This document shows positions 10,545 to 22,164 of a stretch of 64,000 nucleotides of DNA, piece by piece. Source of the stretch: Candidatus Latescibacterota bacterium (GTDB lineage Bacteria; Latescibacterota; UBA2968; GCA-2709665). Under the pieces are notes generated by a model. It had not been told where the DNA came from. It did no database searches and saw only the letters and a program-made list of their open reading frames with translations. Position 1 is the stretch's first letter, and each line of letters opens with the position of its first letter. The DNA lies in the NCBI GenBank assembly GCA_965222075.1, contig OZ244937.1:3712001-3776000 (forward strand), in the 5' to 3' direction. The position numbers and the translations under genes are program-made.

Positions 10545-11666
10545 TTAACGGACGACCGCCGCAGAGACCGCGTTGGAGACGCGCTTGAGTAAACGGCCAT
10601 TCTCGACCATCTGGTTGGTAAGGATAACGCAGAGCAGGCGCCGCTCGGGGTCGGCCCAGGCCACCGTGCCGGTGGCGCCGACGTGGCCGAAGGTGGCAGG
10701 GGAGACCAGGTCGCCGAAATAGTTCCACACCGGAGAGACCGCCAGGGCCCAGCCCAGCCCCCAGGGGGCGTTCAGACTACCGTTCCGGTCCGTGGTCATT
10801 GCCGCCACGCCGGCCGGGCTGAAGATGTATTTTCCGGTGTATTCTCCGCCGTTGAGCATGGTCTGCAGGAGGATTGCCAGGTCCAAAGCCGTGCTGTGCA
10901 TCCCGCCCCAGGGATGGCCCATGTCCCGCCAGTAGGGGCTGTTTGGGCCGAAGCGTTGAAGGTCTTTGGACTCGGAGGTGGAGGTGCCGCACCAGGCCGT
11001 GTCGGAGATGTCGAAGTTCCCCAACCCCAGCGCGCTGTTTTCCATTCCGAGAGGGTCGAAGATTTCTTCCTTTTCGAAATCGCGCAGGCGCTTTCCGGTG
11101 ACGCGCTCGACGATTTCCGCCGCCAGCAAGATGCCTTTGCTTTGATAGCCGAAACCGGCGCCGGGCGAATAGAGCAGGGGGGTCTGCTGGGCGCCGCGGA
11201 CGAATTCGCTCAATGGGACGTGGGCGCGGCGGAGCGCGGTGTTCTGAGGTAGCATGTCGGGCAGGCCGGAGGTGTGGGAGAGCAGGTGCCCGACGCGCAC
11301 GTTGCGGCGTTCGCCGCCCCGGAAGTCGGGCAGGTACATGGAGACCGGATCGTCGAGGCAGACCTGTCCCCTCTCGACAAGGAGCATCAGGGCGCAGGCG
11401 GTGACCGGTTTTGTGATTGAGGCGAGGAGGAAGATGGTGTCCGGTTTTACAGGGGGCGAACCCTGATCGGGCAACAGACGCCCATAACCTGTTGAGAGGA
11501 CAACCGTATTGTTGCGGGCTACCAGGATGGTCGCTGCGGTGATGCGCCGGTCCTGGATTTCGGATTCGAGGATGGCTGCGGCCCGTTCGAGCGCTTCCGA
11601 CGACATGCCGGCGTCTGAAGGGATGCCTGTTTGTAATTCCGGTGTGGACATGGGAGGTGTTCTCAT
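10545..11666 (-). CDS. Serine hydrolase, beta-lactamase class C/AmpC-like family
   Basis: FLLASITK (SxxK), LLSHTSGL, Y-Q-S, FGHVGATG. Start codon uncertain. Confidence 0.88.
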   Translation of the reverse strand: MRTPPMSTPELQTGIPSDAGMSSEALERAAAILESEIQDRRITAATILVARNNTVVLSTGYGRLLPDQGSPPVKPDTIFLLASITKPVTACALMLLVERGQVCLDDPVSMYLPDFRGGERRNVRVGHLLSHTSGLPDMLPQNTALRRAHVPLSEFVRGAQQTPLLYSPGAGFGYQSKGILLAAEIVERVTGKRLRDFEKEEIFDPLGMENSALGLGNFDISDTAWCGTSTSESKDLQRFGPNSPYWRDMGHPWGGMHSTALDLAILLQTMLNGGEYTGKYIFSPAGVAAMTTDRNGSLNAPWGLGWALAVSPVWNYFGDLVSPATFGHVGATGTVAWADPERRLLCVILTNQMVENGRLLKRVSNAVSAAVVR

Positions 11667-11769
11667 TGGGGGCCTGGCGTCTGTTTTAGAGGTTCGGCCG
11701 GGTTGGCAATGGAAAGTAGAGGATTGCGGGGCGTTTGTCAATACCTCATCGTTTATTCGATGCGACGTA

Positions 11770-11806
11770 AGAAGGCGGAAGCAGCGCAGGGCTGCTTCCG
11801 CCTTCT
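11770..11806. terminator. 16-bp perfect inverted repeat downstream of dnaK (terminator- or REP-like)
   Basis: agaaggcggaagcagc-gcagg-gctgcttccgccttct; no clear U-tract. Confidence 0.5.
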
Positions 11807-11833
11807 CGGGATAAGACAGGGCATGTCGTGCCC

Positions 11834-13750
<1,917 letters not shown>

Positions 13751-13864
13751 TGCTGTTCTCCTCTCCTTTGAACTCCTTTTGGTGGTTCATGTAAGATTTT
13801 TACGCTGAGAATGCTCCGGATATGGGTGACCCAAGGCTGTGGCACCCGTCACAAATTGGCCCGG

Positions 13865-14986
13865 TTATTCCTTCCTGCCTGCGCCGGATGCTCGGCAGGC
13901 AGGTGCCAAGGCTGTGGATAAGAGCCTCGTCCGGATGGTGTTGCTGACTTGCTGAGGCCTCCAGTTCTTGAGGGTCTCATACTCCAGAATCTCCACGCCT
14001 TTCCGGTCGGCGGGCACCCATCGGACGATATCGCTGGAGGGAAAAATGCCCGTTACCGGAAGCCCCATGGCCACTGCGAGGTGAAAGAGGTCGGTATTAC
14101 AGGCAATCAGCTGGTGACACGCCTCCAGGAGGGCCACGATCTTGGGCAGGTCGTCGGTCTGACAAAGGAGGACCTTCTGTCCCAGGGTCGCTTTGATTCG
14201 ATTGGCCGCTTTTCTTTCGGTGTAATCAAAAAAGACCAGCGTCCGGGTATTGGCGAGGGCTGTGGCCACTTCTGCGATGCTTTGGAGTTGTTTGACCGTC
14301 GGGCGATTGCCCGTACAGGTGCTAACGTCAAGGCCCACAAACCGCTCGCCGGGTTTCCTGCTGCCGAGGTAGCGTTCCCGGATCTTTTTGGCTCCCGCTT
14401 TGGAGACAGACCAGGACACCCTGTCTTTGACCTGGGGTATGCCGAGCGTGCGGAGGAGAAGCGCGAGGCGTTCAAGTTCATAACATGTCTCCGGGCGCGG
14501 CACAATCCGGAGGTTGATGAAGGGAAAATCGTCTCGCTGGAACCCGATCCGGAGGTGTGCGCCGCTTTTGTAGCAGATGTAAGCGGGGCAGAAACTCTCT
14601 TCGGTGCTGAAGAAGAAGGCGATATCGAACGCTTGTTCCTGAAGGCGCCGCACGAGACCGCGGAGTTTGCCTCCCAGGGGGAGGAGAAAGTCTTCGTAGA
14701 CCATCACCTCGTCTACAAAAGGGATTTCCCGGGCGATATATGCTTTGTGCGCATGGACCAAAAGGGTGATTCTGGCCTCGGCATAGCGGTGTCGAATGGC
14801 CCGGAACTGAGATGCACCCAGGAAAAGGCCGCCGGCGCGGCCGTCGGGGACAATCAGGATCTTCCGGGGGGATTTCAAGGCGTCGGAGACGGAAAATGCC
14901 GGCTGGGCCTTTGGGGCTTTAGAGAGGCAGAATGCGAGGGGGGTGATCAACCACCGGCGCAGCCAGCCGTTGACCTGGGACTTCAT
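13865..14986 (-). CDS. Glycosyltransferase family 9 (LPS heptosyltransferase-like)
   Basis: RKILIV...GGLFL, IPFVDEV, LRIGF, LIACNTDLFHLAVAMGLP. Confidence 0.75.
   Translation of the reverse strand: MKSQVNGWLRRWLITPLAFCLSKAPKAQPAFSVSDALKSPRKILIVPDGRAGGLFLGASQFRAIRHRYAEARITLLVHAHKAYIAREIPFVDEVMVYEDFLLPLGGKLRGLVRRLQEQAFDIAFFFSTEESFCPAYICYKSGAHLRIGFQRDDFPFINLRIVPRPETCYELERLALLLRTLGIPQVKDRVSWSVSKAGAKKIRERYLGSRKPGERFVGLDVSTCTGNRPTVKQLQSIAEVATALANTRTLVFFDYTERKAANRIKATLGQKVLLCQTDDLPKIVALLEACHQLIACNTDLFHLAVAMGLPVTGIFPSSDIVRWVPADRKGVEILEYETLKNWRPQQVSNTIRTRLLSTALAPACRASGAGRKE
13874..13903. repeat. CCTGCCTG micro-palindrome (30 nt) within the 3' end of the GT9 gene
   Basis: cctgcctgcgccggatgctcggcaggcagg encodes PACRASGAGR; 28 nt are identical to 42473-42500. 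Confidence 0.75.
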
Positions 14987-15141
14987 GGAGGCACTACTCC
15001 TTCCAAAGCTTCGACTCGATCTGTACCCCTTTGGACACCTTTTTGTAGAATTTCTTATTGTATCAACGCCATGTGTGACTTCAGGATCAGTGGTCGGCAG
15101 TCAGCAAAACAAGCCATGCAGCGATCTTGCCTTGGGGCGGA

Positions 15142-15201
15142 CCTGTCTGCCGTGCCGGCACAGGCAGGCCTGCCTGCAGCGCACTACGCTGCGCAGGCAG
15201 G
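15142..15201. repeat. Two abutting CCTGYCTG micro-palindromes (27 + 33 nt)
   Basis: cctgtctgccgtgccggcacaggcagg + cctgcctgcagcgcactacgctgcgcaggcagg. Confidence 0.75.
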
Positions 15202-15374
15202 TGTGCGGGGGCTGATAGCCCCCTTTGTGTCTTCGTGCCTTTGTGTGAGGTCAAATTACTCGCTGTCTTCTTTTGAAGTCACACATCACGTATTGTATCA
15301 ATACGGTGAACACGCTACGACGGCCCGGATTTTCTTGTCCGCAAGATATTCAGTTTGGAAAAATAATAAACCAA

Positions 15375-15403
15375 ATGTTACTTTATTTTCAAGAGGTTGT
15401 CAA
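15375..15403 (-). promoter_or_regulatory. Candidate sigma-70 promoter toward GT9-dnaK
   Basis: TTGACA-N17-TAACAT on the minus strand in an AT-rich intergenic region. Confidence 0.5.
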
Positions 15404-15460
15404 CTGGAATTTCGGGTGGCAAAGATTCACCCTCGGTAGAGAGGGGCCTAAAGTTTTCAC

Positions 15461-15489
15461 TTGCTATTTTGTTCAGTGTGCGGTATACT
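15461..15489 (+). promoter_or_regulatory. Candidate sigma-70 promoter for the 15549 operon
   Basis: TTGCTA-N17-TATACT, about 60 nt upstream of ATG 15549. Confidence 0.55.
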
Positions 15490-15548
15490 TACAATCTGAG
15501 AATTTTAAGTTGCTGTAAAACTTGGCCCCTGCTGCCAGGAGAAGCGTT

Positions 15549-15941
15549 ATGGCCAAATCCAACGGAAGGCGTGGCAACTTATACGAACAGGTGTTGGATC
15601 ATACCCGGCGCGAGATTGACGAGGCCTCGTCGAAAATTGACGAGTTGCGCCAGACGCTGCGCCTGTTGGAATCACGTGTGGAGGCGGCTAAATCGGTTTA
15701 TGCAGCCGTGGCTACGCGTCTGAACTTAGAGGATGAGCTGGAAGAGGAGACAGAACTTCAGGAGGCCCCCTATCCTGAGGAGCCGGAGCCCCCGGAAGAA
15801 GCCGAAGCGGAGAACACGCCAGAGGCCTCCAAACCGGCGGCGTCGGAGTCTGAAGGTGTGTTTCCGGGGCTTTCTGAGGAGGAGAGGCGGCTGATTAAGG
15901 AACACTTGCGGCGCCGGGCAGAGGCCGAGCAGGAGGGGTAG
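15549..15941 (+). CDS. Hypothetical coiled-coil protein with Glu/Pro-rich region
   Basis: AGGAG RBS, heptad-like N-terminus, acidic low-complexity segment. Confidence 0.7.
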   Translation: MAKSNGRRGNLYEQVLDHTRREIDEASSKIDELRQTLRLLESRVEAAKSVYAAVATRLNLEDELEEETELQEAPYPEEPEPPEEAEAENTPEASKPAASESEGVFPGLSEEERRLIKEHLRRRAEAEQEG

Positions 15942-16075
15942 GCTGCGAGGAAATGTCTCTTCTGTGAGCCGAAAAAATGGTCACGCAAGGAAGAACAGGG
16001 AATGATGGCGTAGAACCGATTCCCTGTTCTTTGTATTTTGGCGGATGCAGGTTGCGGAATTGGGTGTGAGGTTTT

Positions 16076-17554
16076 ATGGGCATTTGTGCGAGGGAAGCAT
16101 CGGTTGAGGAGATGGGTCCGAAAGAGCGGAGCATCTATATCGACCAATTGACCCCCAGGGGGGGGCTTTATACGGATGTACAGCGGGCGGTGCATCCGAA
16201 GTCGAACAGTACATGGCGCGTGTCTCCAGAGCCGTTTTGGATGCCGCCCCATATTGTGTGGCAGTACGAGGCCCTGGGGAGGCACCTTTACCGCTTTTAC
16301 AAGGCGGCCAACCTGCTCTACTCTCAGAGTGTCCGGGGTATCCAGCCGGGGTGGGTGGCGGCCTATCTGGACCGGGGAAAGCCGGAGGAAGTGATTGGCT
16401 ACGGACGGATGAACCGGTTCAAGCAGCACCTGCCGCACGTCGTCCGACCCGACGTTATTCCTACGGTGGAGGGCATGGTGGCCACGGAACTCGATTCGGT
16501 TCCGGGGGGCATCGGGTTTACGGCCAGTCTGGGACAGCGTTATGCCCGGCTGGGGTATGAGATTGTGGGAGGGGCAGATGGGATGGCCTCCGGGTTTATG
16601 CACATGATCCGGTCGGTTGGGGGAGTGGAGGACTCCGTTTTGGGGGTGGTGATTTCGGAGGAATCAGCGAGCTGGCGGCCGGAGATGGCCTGGCTGGGCG
16701 AGGTCCTGAACGGGCTGGGGCTGGAGACCTATGTGGTGCGCCCGGAAGAGATCCTTTTCAGCGAGGCGGGGCTTTTTGTGGAGGGGGCGCGGGGACGGCG
16801 GCAGATCGATGTGCTTTACCGATTTTTTGAGCTGTTCGACCTGAAGAATATCCCCAAGATCGACCTGATTCTGTATGCGATCCGCAAGGATCTGGTGAAG
16901 GTGACGCCCCCATTGAAGGGGTACTTAGAAGAGAAGATGCTGATGGGGCTGTTTCACCATCCGCTGCTCAAACGATTCTGGCACAGCGAATTAGGGGAAG
17001 ATGCGTTCGACTTCCTGATGCAGGTCTTTCCCAAGACCTGGATTCTGGACCCGCACCCGCTGCCGCCTTACGGCGTGATTCCGGGGCTGGAGATTGACGG
17101 GCAGGCGTTCACAGACTGGCAGGCGCTGGGCCGGCTGGGGCAGAAGCAGCGGCAGTTTGTGGTCAAACCGTCGGGGTTTTCGGAGCAGGCCTGGGGGAGC
17201 CGGGGGGTGTCGGTGGGCCACGATATGTCTGAGGAAGACTGGGGGGGGGTGATCGCGTCGGCGCTGGAGGCCTTTCCGACGACCCCACACATCCTCCAGG
17301 AATTTCACACCAGTTCCAGGTTTTCCGTGGACTACTACAACTTCGACTCGGACCAGATGGCGCGGTTCAGAGGACGCGTGCGGTTTTGCCCTTACTATTT
17401 TGTGGTGGATGACGAACCGGTGCTGTCGGGCATCCAGGCGACGGTCTGTCCGCCCGACAAGAAGGTGCTGCACGGAATGGTGGACGCGGTGGTGGTCCCT
17501 TGCGGGATCGCGGAGGGGCACGGAACCCCCCCATCCCCGCCGCAGGAGAGATAG
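16076..17554 (+). CDS. Uncharacterised ATP-grasp-like ligase (GSP synthase/circularly permuted ATP-grasp-like)
   Basis: RPDVI, TELDSVPGGIG, VVKPSGF...WGSRGV, ILQEF, RFCPYYF pattern; 492 aa. Confidence 0.6.
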   Translation: MGICAREASVEEMGPKERSIYIDQLTPRGGLYTDVQRAVHPKSNSTWRVSPEPFWMPPHIVWQYEALGRHLYRFYKAANLLYSQSVRGIQPGWVAAYLDRGKPEEVIGYGRMNRFKQHLPHVVRPDVIPTVEGMVATELDSVPGGIGFTASLGQRYARLGYEIVGGADGMASGFMHMIRSVGGVEDSVLGVVISEESASWRPEMAWLGEVLNGLGLETYVVRPEEILFSEAGLFVEGARGRRQIDVLYRFFELFDLKNIPKIDLILYAIRKDLVKVTPPLKGYLEEKMLMGLFHHPLLKRFWHSELGEDAFDFLMQVFPKTWILDPHPLPPYGVIPGLEIDGQAFTDWQALGRLGQKQRQFVVKPSGFSEQAWGSRGVSVGHDMSEEDWGGVIASALEAFPTTPHILQEFHTSSRFSVDYYNFDSDQMARFRGRVRFCPYYFVVDDEPVLSGIQATVCPPDKKVLHGMVDAVVVPCGIAEGHGTPPSPPQER

Positions 17555-17597
17555 AAGGACGACGTGGGGGCCAATGACGCAAGGAAGGAATTGAGGT

Positions 17598-18452
17598 ATG
17601 GTGACGGTTGCCGAGAAGGTGGGTGAAAAACTGGGGAGGTTGAATGCGATTCTGGAAGGGATGGGGAGTGTGGTTGTGGCTTTTTCGGGGGGGGTGGACA
17701 GTACGTTTTTGGCAGCGGCTGCATACCGGGTGCTGGGGAATGGGGCCCTGGCGGTGACGGCGGTGTCTGCAAGCTACGCGGAGGGGGAACTGGAGAATGC
17801 CCAGGTCCTGGCAGGGCAGATCGGCATCCGGCACGAGCTTGTCTACACCCAGGAGCTGGAAGACCCCAACTACGTGCAGAATGCGCCCGATCGGTGTTTC
17901 TATTGCAAGACGGCCCTGGCGGACAAGTTAGATGAGGTGCTCCAGCGCTACGGGGATCGGTACCGTTTCCTGGTTTACGGGGCGATCGCAGACGATGTGG
18001 GCGATTTCCGGCCGGGGATGGCGGCTGCAAAGGAACGGGGCATCCGGGCGCCGATGGTTGAGGTAGGGATGGCCAAGGCGGATGTGCGGGCACTGTCGAG
18101 GCGGTGGGGGCTGCCCACATGGGATCGGCCCGCATCGGCCTGTCTGTCGTCTCGGATTCCCTATGGGACGCCGGTAACGGTGGAGGCGCTCTCGATGGTG
18201 GACCGGGCCGAGGCCTTTCTCAAGGACCTGGGGTTCCGTCTGGTACGGGTACGACATCACGAAGAGATGGCCCGGATTGAGGTGCCCCCGGAGGAGATGG
18301 TCCGCTTTTTTGAGCATGGGATTCACCAGAAAGTGGCGCAGCGGTTGAAGGAGGTCGGATACAAGTATGTGACACTGGATCTGCAGGGCTACCGGAGTGG
18401 GAGTTTGAACGAGGCGCTCCGGGAGCCGCTGCTTGGGATTGGGAAGAGGTGA
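17598..18452 (+). CDS. larE: LarE-family ATP-dependent sulfur transferase
   Basis: AFSGGVDS PP-loop, RCFYCK, DFRPG, SACLSSRIPYG, VTLDLQGYRSGS. Confidence 0.92.
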   Translation: MVTVAEKVGEKLGRLNAILEGMGSVVVAFSGGVDSTFLAAAAYRVLGNGALAVTAVSASYAEGELENAQVLAGQIGIRHELVYTQELEDPNYVQNAPDRCFYCKTALADKLDEVLQRYGDRYRFLVYGAIADDVGDFRPGMAAAKERGIRAPMVEVGMAKADVRALSRRWGLPTWDRPASACLSSRIPYGTPVTVEALSMVDRAEAFLKDLGFRLVRVRHHEEMARIEVPPEEMVRFFEHGIHQKVAQRLKEVGYKYVTLDLQGYRSGSLNEALREPLLGIGKR

Positions 18453-18504
18453 GATATTGCGGAATCCGCAATTGGGGCGGCCTTAGGGTGCACAGGAGGT
18501 CGAG

Positions 18505-19059
18505 ATGGCTTTGCTTGAGATTAAGAAGCTCGGGTGTCCGATTTTGCGGAAGCGGGCGCTGCCCATAGAGGGGATTGCGGAAGAAGCGCACCGTCTGATA
18601 GACGATATGTTCGACACGATGTACGCAGCGGAGGGGGTCGGGCTGGCCGCGCCCCAGGTGGGGGTCGGCCAACGGCTGGTCGTGCTGGACGTGGGGCCTC
18701 GGGATGCTTCGGCCGAACCCATGGCGTTGATCAATCCGGAGGTGCTCTGGTCTGCGGGGGAGGTGGGGGGGGAAGAGGGGTGCCTCAGCCTGCCGGAGGT
18801 CGTGGGCGAGGTGAAGCGGGCGGCGCATGTGCGGGTGGGGGCGCTGGACCGGGAAGGCACCCCCTTTGAAGTAGAGATGAGCGGGATTGGTGCCCGGGCG
18901 GTTCAACACGAAATTGATCACTTGGACGGGATCCTGGTGATCGACCGCTTCAGCACGATCAAACGGAACCTGCTGCGGGGACAACTCCGGCGGTTGAAGC
19001 GGCAGGGGAGACGTCAGGCACCGGGGCTGGTCGCCGATGAGGCTGTGAATACGCAGTGA
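18505..19059 (+). CDS. def: Peptide deformylase
   Basis: GVGLAAPQVG, EGCLS, QHEIDHLDG. Confidence 0.96.
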   Translation: MALLEIKKLGCPILRKRALPIEGIAEEAHRLIDDMFDTMYAAEGVGLAAPQVGVGQRLVVLDVGPRDASAEPMALINPEVLWSAGEVGGEEGCLSLPEVVGEVKRAAHVRVGALDREGTPFEVEMSGIGARAVQHEIDHLDGILVIDRFSTIKRNLLRGQLRRLKRQGRRQAPGLVADEAVNTQ

Positions 19060-19128
19060 ACAAGTATTAACATTTCGGATGTCGGAATAAAGGGTTGAAA
19101 CTCGCATTCCGCAATCCGCATTTTGAAT

Positions 19129-20016
19129 ATGGACGCACGTATCGATCTTCACCTGCATTCGACCTGTTCGGATGGGACCTTTTCACCCGAAGAGGTGGTC
19201 CGTCAGGCCGCAGAGGCGGGGCTTGCGGTGATCAGTCTCACCGATCACGACTCTACGGAGGGGGTGTCTCCCGCCCAGGCGGCTGGGGAGGAAGTGGGGG
19301 TGGAGGTGGTGCCGGGGGTGGAGTTGAGCGCACAGGCGAAAGAGAAGGATCTCCATATTCTGGGCTATTTTGTGGACTGCACCCACCCAGATCTGGTGGA
19401 CTGTCTTGGGTTGTACCGAGATGAGCGAAAGCGGCGGGCGAAACGGATGGTGAAGAAGCTGAACAAGATGGGGATTCGGGTGCGGTTCGAGCAGGTGCTG
19501 GCCAAGGCGGGGGGTGGGGCGGTGGGGCGGCCCCACTTAGCCGATGTGATGGTGGAGGAGGGGGTCGTATTTTCTACCAACGAGGCGTTTCAAAAGTACC
19601 TGGGATATTCCCGGCCCGCCTATGAACCCAAGCATTCCCTCTCCCCTTTCGAGGCCATCGGGGTGATCCATGCAGCGGGAGGGCTGGCTTGCTTAGCCCA
19701 TCCCGGGCTGTACGCCAGGGACGATTTGATTGCCGGGCTGGTCTCTGATCGGCTGGACGGAATTGAGGTGTTGCATACCAAACACGGCCCCGCCGAGGTT
19801 GCCCGGTATACGGAAATTGCGGATCGCTACGGCCTGCTGCAAACGGGGGGGTCGGACTGTCACGGCGACAGCCGGGGGGACCCGGTGATCGGGACTGTGG
19901 AGGTCCCACGGGTATTTGTGGAGGCTTTGCGGGAGACGCATCGGGAACGGCGAAACGAGGGGTCAGGGGTCCGTCCCTGCGGCCCCTCATCTCGACAATC
20001 CGGACCCGGGGTTTGA
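19129..20016 (+). CDS. PHP-domain phosphoesterase (TrpH/YciV-like)
   Basis: DLHLHSTCSDG, TDHD, GVELS, HILGY, GRPH, LAHP, GGSDCHG. Confidence 0.9.
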   Translation: MDARIDLHLHSTCSDGTFSPEEVVRQAAEAGLAVISLTDHDSTEGVSPAQAAGEEVGVEVVPGVELSAQAKEKDLHILGYFVDCTHPDLVDCLGLYRDERKRRAKRMVKKLNKMGIRVRFEQVLAKAGGGAVGRPHLADVMVEEGVVFSTNEAFQKYLGYSRPAYEPKHSLSPFEAIGVIHAAGGLACLAHPGLYARDDLIAGLVSDRLDGIEVLHTKHGPAEVARYTEIADRYGLLQTGGSDCHGDSRGDPVIGTVEVPRVFVEALRETHRERRNEGSGVRPCGPSSRQSGPGV

Positions 20017-20154
20017 CGCTTGAGCTCGGTTCAAAATAGAATCAGATTTTACGAGCCTCCGGCCCCCGCCTTTTACTTTCTGGCCTGAGGGAATCTGTCG
20101 TCTTGATCGTCGAGTGTGGTGTGGGTGCTCGGCGTTTTTTTTCGGGTGCAGGAT

Positions 20155-21156
20155 ATGAGCGATTCAGAATGTGGGGCCGCTGGAAAGACGATTCCGCCCT
20201 TTTTTCAGGAAGACCGGGTGGATCTCTATTTTCTGAATACCCGGCAGGTGCTGGCGGCCGAGGGACTCGACCCGACCGTGACGGTGGAGGTATTTCCCAA
20301 CCGAAGCGGGCTGCTTTGTGGTATTGCAGAAGTGCTGGACCACCTGGATCAGGTGTCAGGGTTGGAGGTGTGGGCATTGCCGGAGGGGGCAAATATGTCG
20401 CGCAAGGAGGCGGTGCTCCGGCTCCGGGCGCCCTACAGCAGGTTTGGGATCTATGAGACGGCCCTGTTGGGCACGCTGGCCCACGGCAGCGGTTGGGCGA
20501 CGGCTGCACAGGCGTGTGTGGAAGCCGCCGCCGGGAGTGCGGTGATCAGTTTTGGGGGGCGGCATGTCCATCCGGCGGTTTCGGACCGGATGGAGTACGC
20601 GGCCCTGGTGGGGGGATGCGCCAGGTGCGCGACACCGGCGGGCGCGGCGCTTTACGGGCAGGAGGCGACCGGGACGATGCCCCATGCGATGATATTGATT
20701 TTTGGGGATACGGTAGCCGGGGTGCAGGCGTTTGACCGGCATATGCCCGAATCGGTGCGGCGGGTGGTTCTGGTGGATACCTTTAAGGATGAGGCAGAAG
20801 AGAGCCTTCGGGTTGCTGAGGCTCTGGGGGAGCGGCTCTGGGGGGTGCGGCTGGATACGCCTTCGGAGCGGGGGGGGGTAACCCCCGGACTGGTGCATGA
20901 GGTGCGGGCGCGCCTGGACCAGGCCGGGTATCCTGGTGTGAAGATTTTTGTCAGCGGAGGGCTGGGTCCCGACCGGATCCAGGCGTTTGTAGCGTCGGGG
21001 TGTCCGGTGGATGGGTTTGGGGTGGGGAGTGCGATCAGCGGAGCGCCCCCGATCGATTTTACGGCGGATATCAAGGAGATCGAGGGCCGGGCCGTGGCCA
21101 AGCGGGGGCGGATGCCGGGCATGACGCAGAATCCGAGATTGGAGAAGGTGAGGTAA
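20155..21156 (+). CDS. pncB: Nicotinate phosphoribosyltransferase
   Basis: DLYF, SFGGRH, GTMPHA, LVDTF, VRLDTP, IFVSGGL, FGVG. Confidence 0.85.
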   Translation: MSDSECGAAGKTIPPFFQEDRVDLYFLNTRQVLAAEGLDPTVTVEVFPNRSGLLCGIAEVLDHLDQVSGLEVWALPEGANMSRKEAVLRLRAPYSRFGIYETALLGTLAHGSGWATAAQACVEAAAGSAVISFGGRHVHPAVSDRMEYAALVGGCARCATPAGAALYGQEATGTMPHAMILIFGDTVAGVQAFDRHMPESVRRVVLVDTFKDEAEESLRVAEALGERLWGVRLDTPSERGGVTPGLVHEVRARLDQAGYPGVKIFVSGGLGPDRIQAFVASGCPVDGFGVGSAISGAPPIDFTADIKEIEGRAVAKRGRMPGMTQNPRLEKVR

Positions 21157-21292
21157 CCGTTGAAACGATCGACATTTGGCCTTTTGGTAGACCGGACGCC
21201 GTGCTTCGGGTACATCCGGTGCAGGGCCCTGACGCCTGGTGCCCCTGAGATCGCGGTTGTGGTGGACCGTGGTGGGGAGGATGGTGAAAAAG

Positions 21293-21538
21293 ATGAAGGT
21301 TAAGGTGCTGTTTTTTGCGTCGTGCCAGGATATTGTGGGGAAGCGAGAGGTGGAGGTGGAGGTGCCGGAGGGGGCAACGGTGGCGGACCTGGTGGCCGAG
21401 GTTGCTGTTGCGCATCCCCGATTTTGGCAGATCGAAAGAAGCCTGATGGTGTCGGTCAACCAGGGGTACGTGGAGCGGGGTGATGGATTGAACGAGGGGG
21501 ACGAGGTGGCGTTTATTCCGCCGGTAAGCGGAGGGTAG
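21293..21538 (+). CDS. moaD: Molybdopterin synthase sulfur carrier subunit
   Basis: VKVLFFA...GDEVAFIPPVSGG with C-terminal GG; alternative start 21281. Confidence 0.9.
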   Translation: MKVKVLFFASCQDIVGKREVEVEVPEGATVADLVAEVAVAHPRFWQIERSLMVSVNQGYVERGDGLNEGDEVAFIPPVSGG

Positions 21539-21615
21539 GGGAGGCGATTGCGGACTTTGAACTGTGGAATAAAGGGGGTTCAATCCGAAATCCGAAATTC
21601 ATAGAGGGGAAGCTT

Positions 21616-22068
21616 ATGGACGGGGATATTTACCGGATTGTGGAGGAGCCGATTGCGCCCGATGCGCTGCACGAGGTTGTTCTGAGGGATTTGAATGGGG
21701 CGATTGCTTCGTTTGCGGGAGTGGTCCGGGACAACACTCTGGGTCGGCAGACGCAGTACCTGGTATATGACGCCTACAGGGAGATGGCAGAGGGGAAGAT
21801 GCGGGAGATCGGGGTGGAGGTAAAGGGGCGGTGGGAGGTGGATAAGGTGGCGATGCTGCACCGGGTCGGACGGTTGGAGATCGGAGAGATCAGCGTGTTG
21901 ATCGCGGTGTCGGCGCCGCATCGGGAGGCGGCGTTGGAAGCCTGTCGATATGCGATCGACCGACTGAAGAAGACGGTGCCGATCTGGAAGAAAGAGGTCT
22001 GGACGGACGGAGAGGCGTGGATTGAGGGAGATACGTCGGCACCTCGGCAGGCGACACGGGAGGCATAG
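21616..22068 (+). CDS. moaE: Molybdopterin synthase catalytic subunit
   Basis: GAIASFAGVVR, HRVGRL, SAPHR, LKKTVPIWKKE. Confidence 0.93.
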   Translation: MDGDIYRIVEEPIAPDALHEVVLRDLNGAIASFAGVVRDNTLGRQTQYLVYDAYREMAEGKMREIGVEVKGRWEVDKVAMLHRVGRLEIGEISVLIAVSAPHREAALEACRYAIDRLKKTVPIWKKEVWTDGEAWIEGDTSAPRQATREA

Positions 22069-22164
22069 GGTAAAGCCGTGATGGAATTGGGCGGCTGGGT
22101 GCTGCTGCGGTTCTGCGCCTCCTGGCGGGGTTTGTGGGCCGGTCGCGGCCTCCGGGGGATTTCT

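Noticed and set aside
13831-13917. 12-bp direct repeat ccaaggctgtgg near the GT9 3' end as a target-site duplication
   Set aside because: The copies do not tightly flank the palindrome and nothing else supports an element here.
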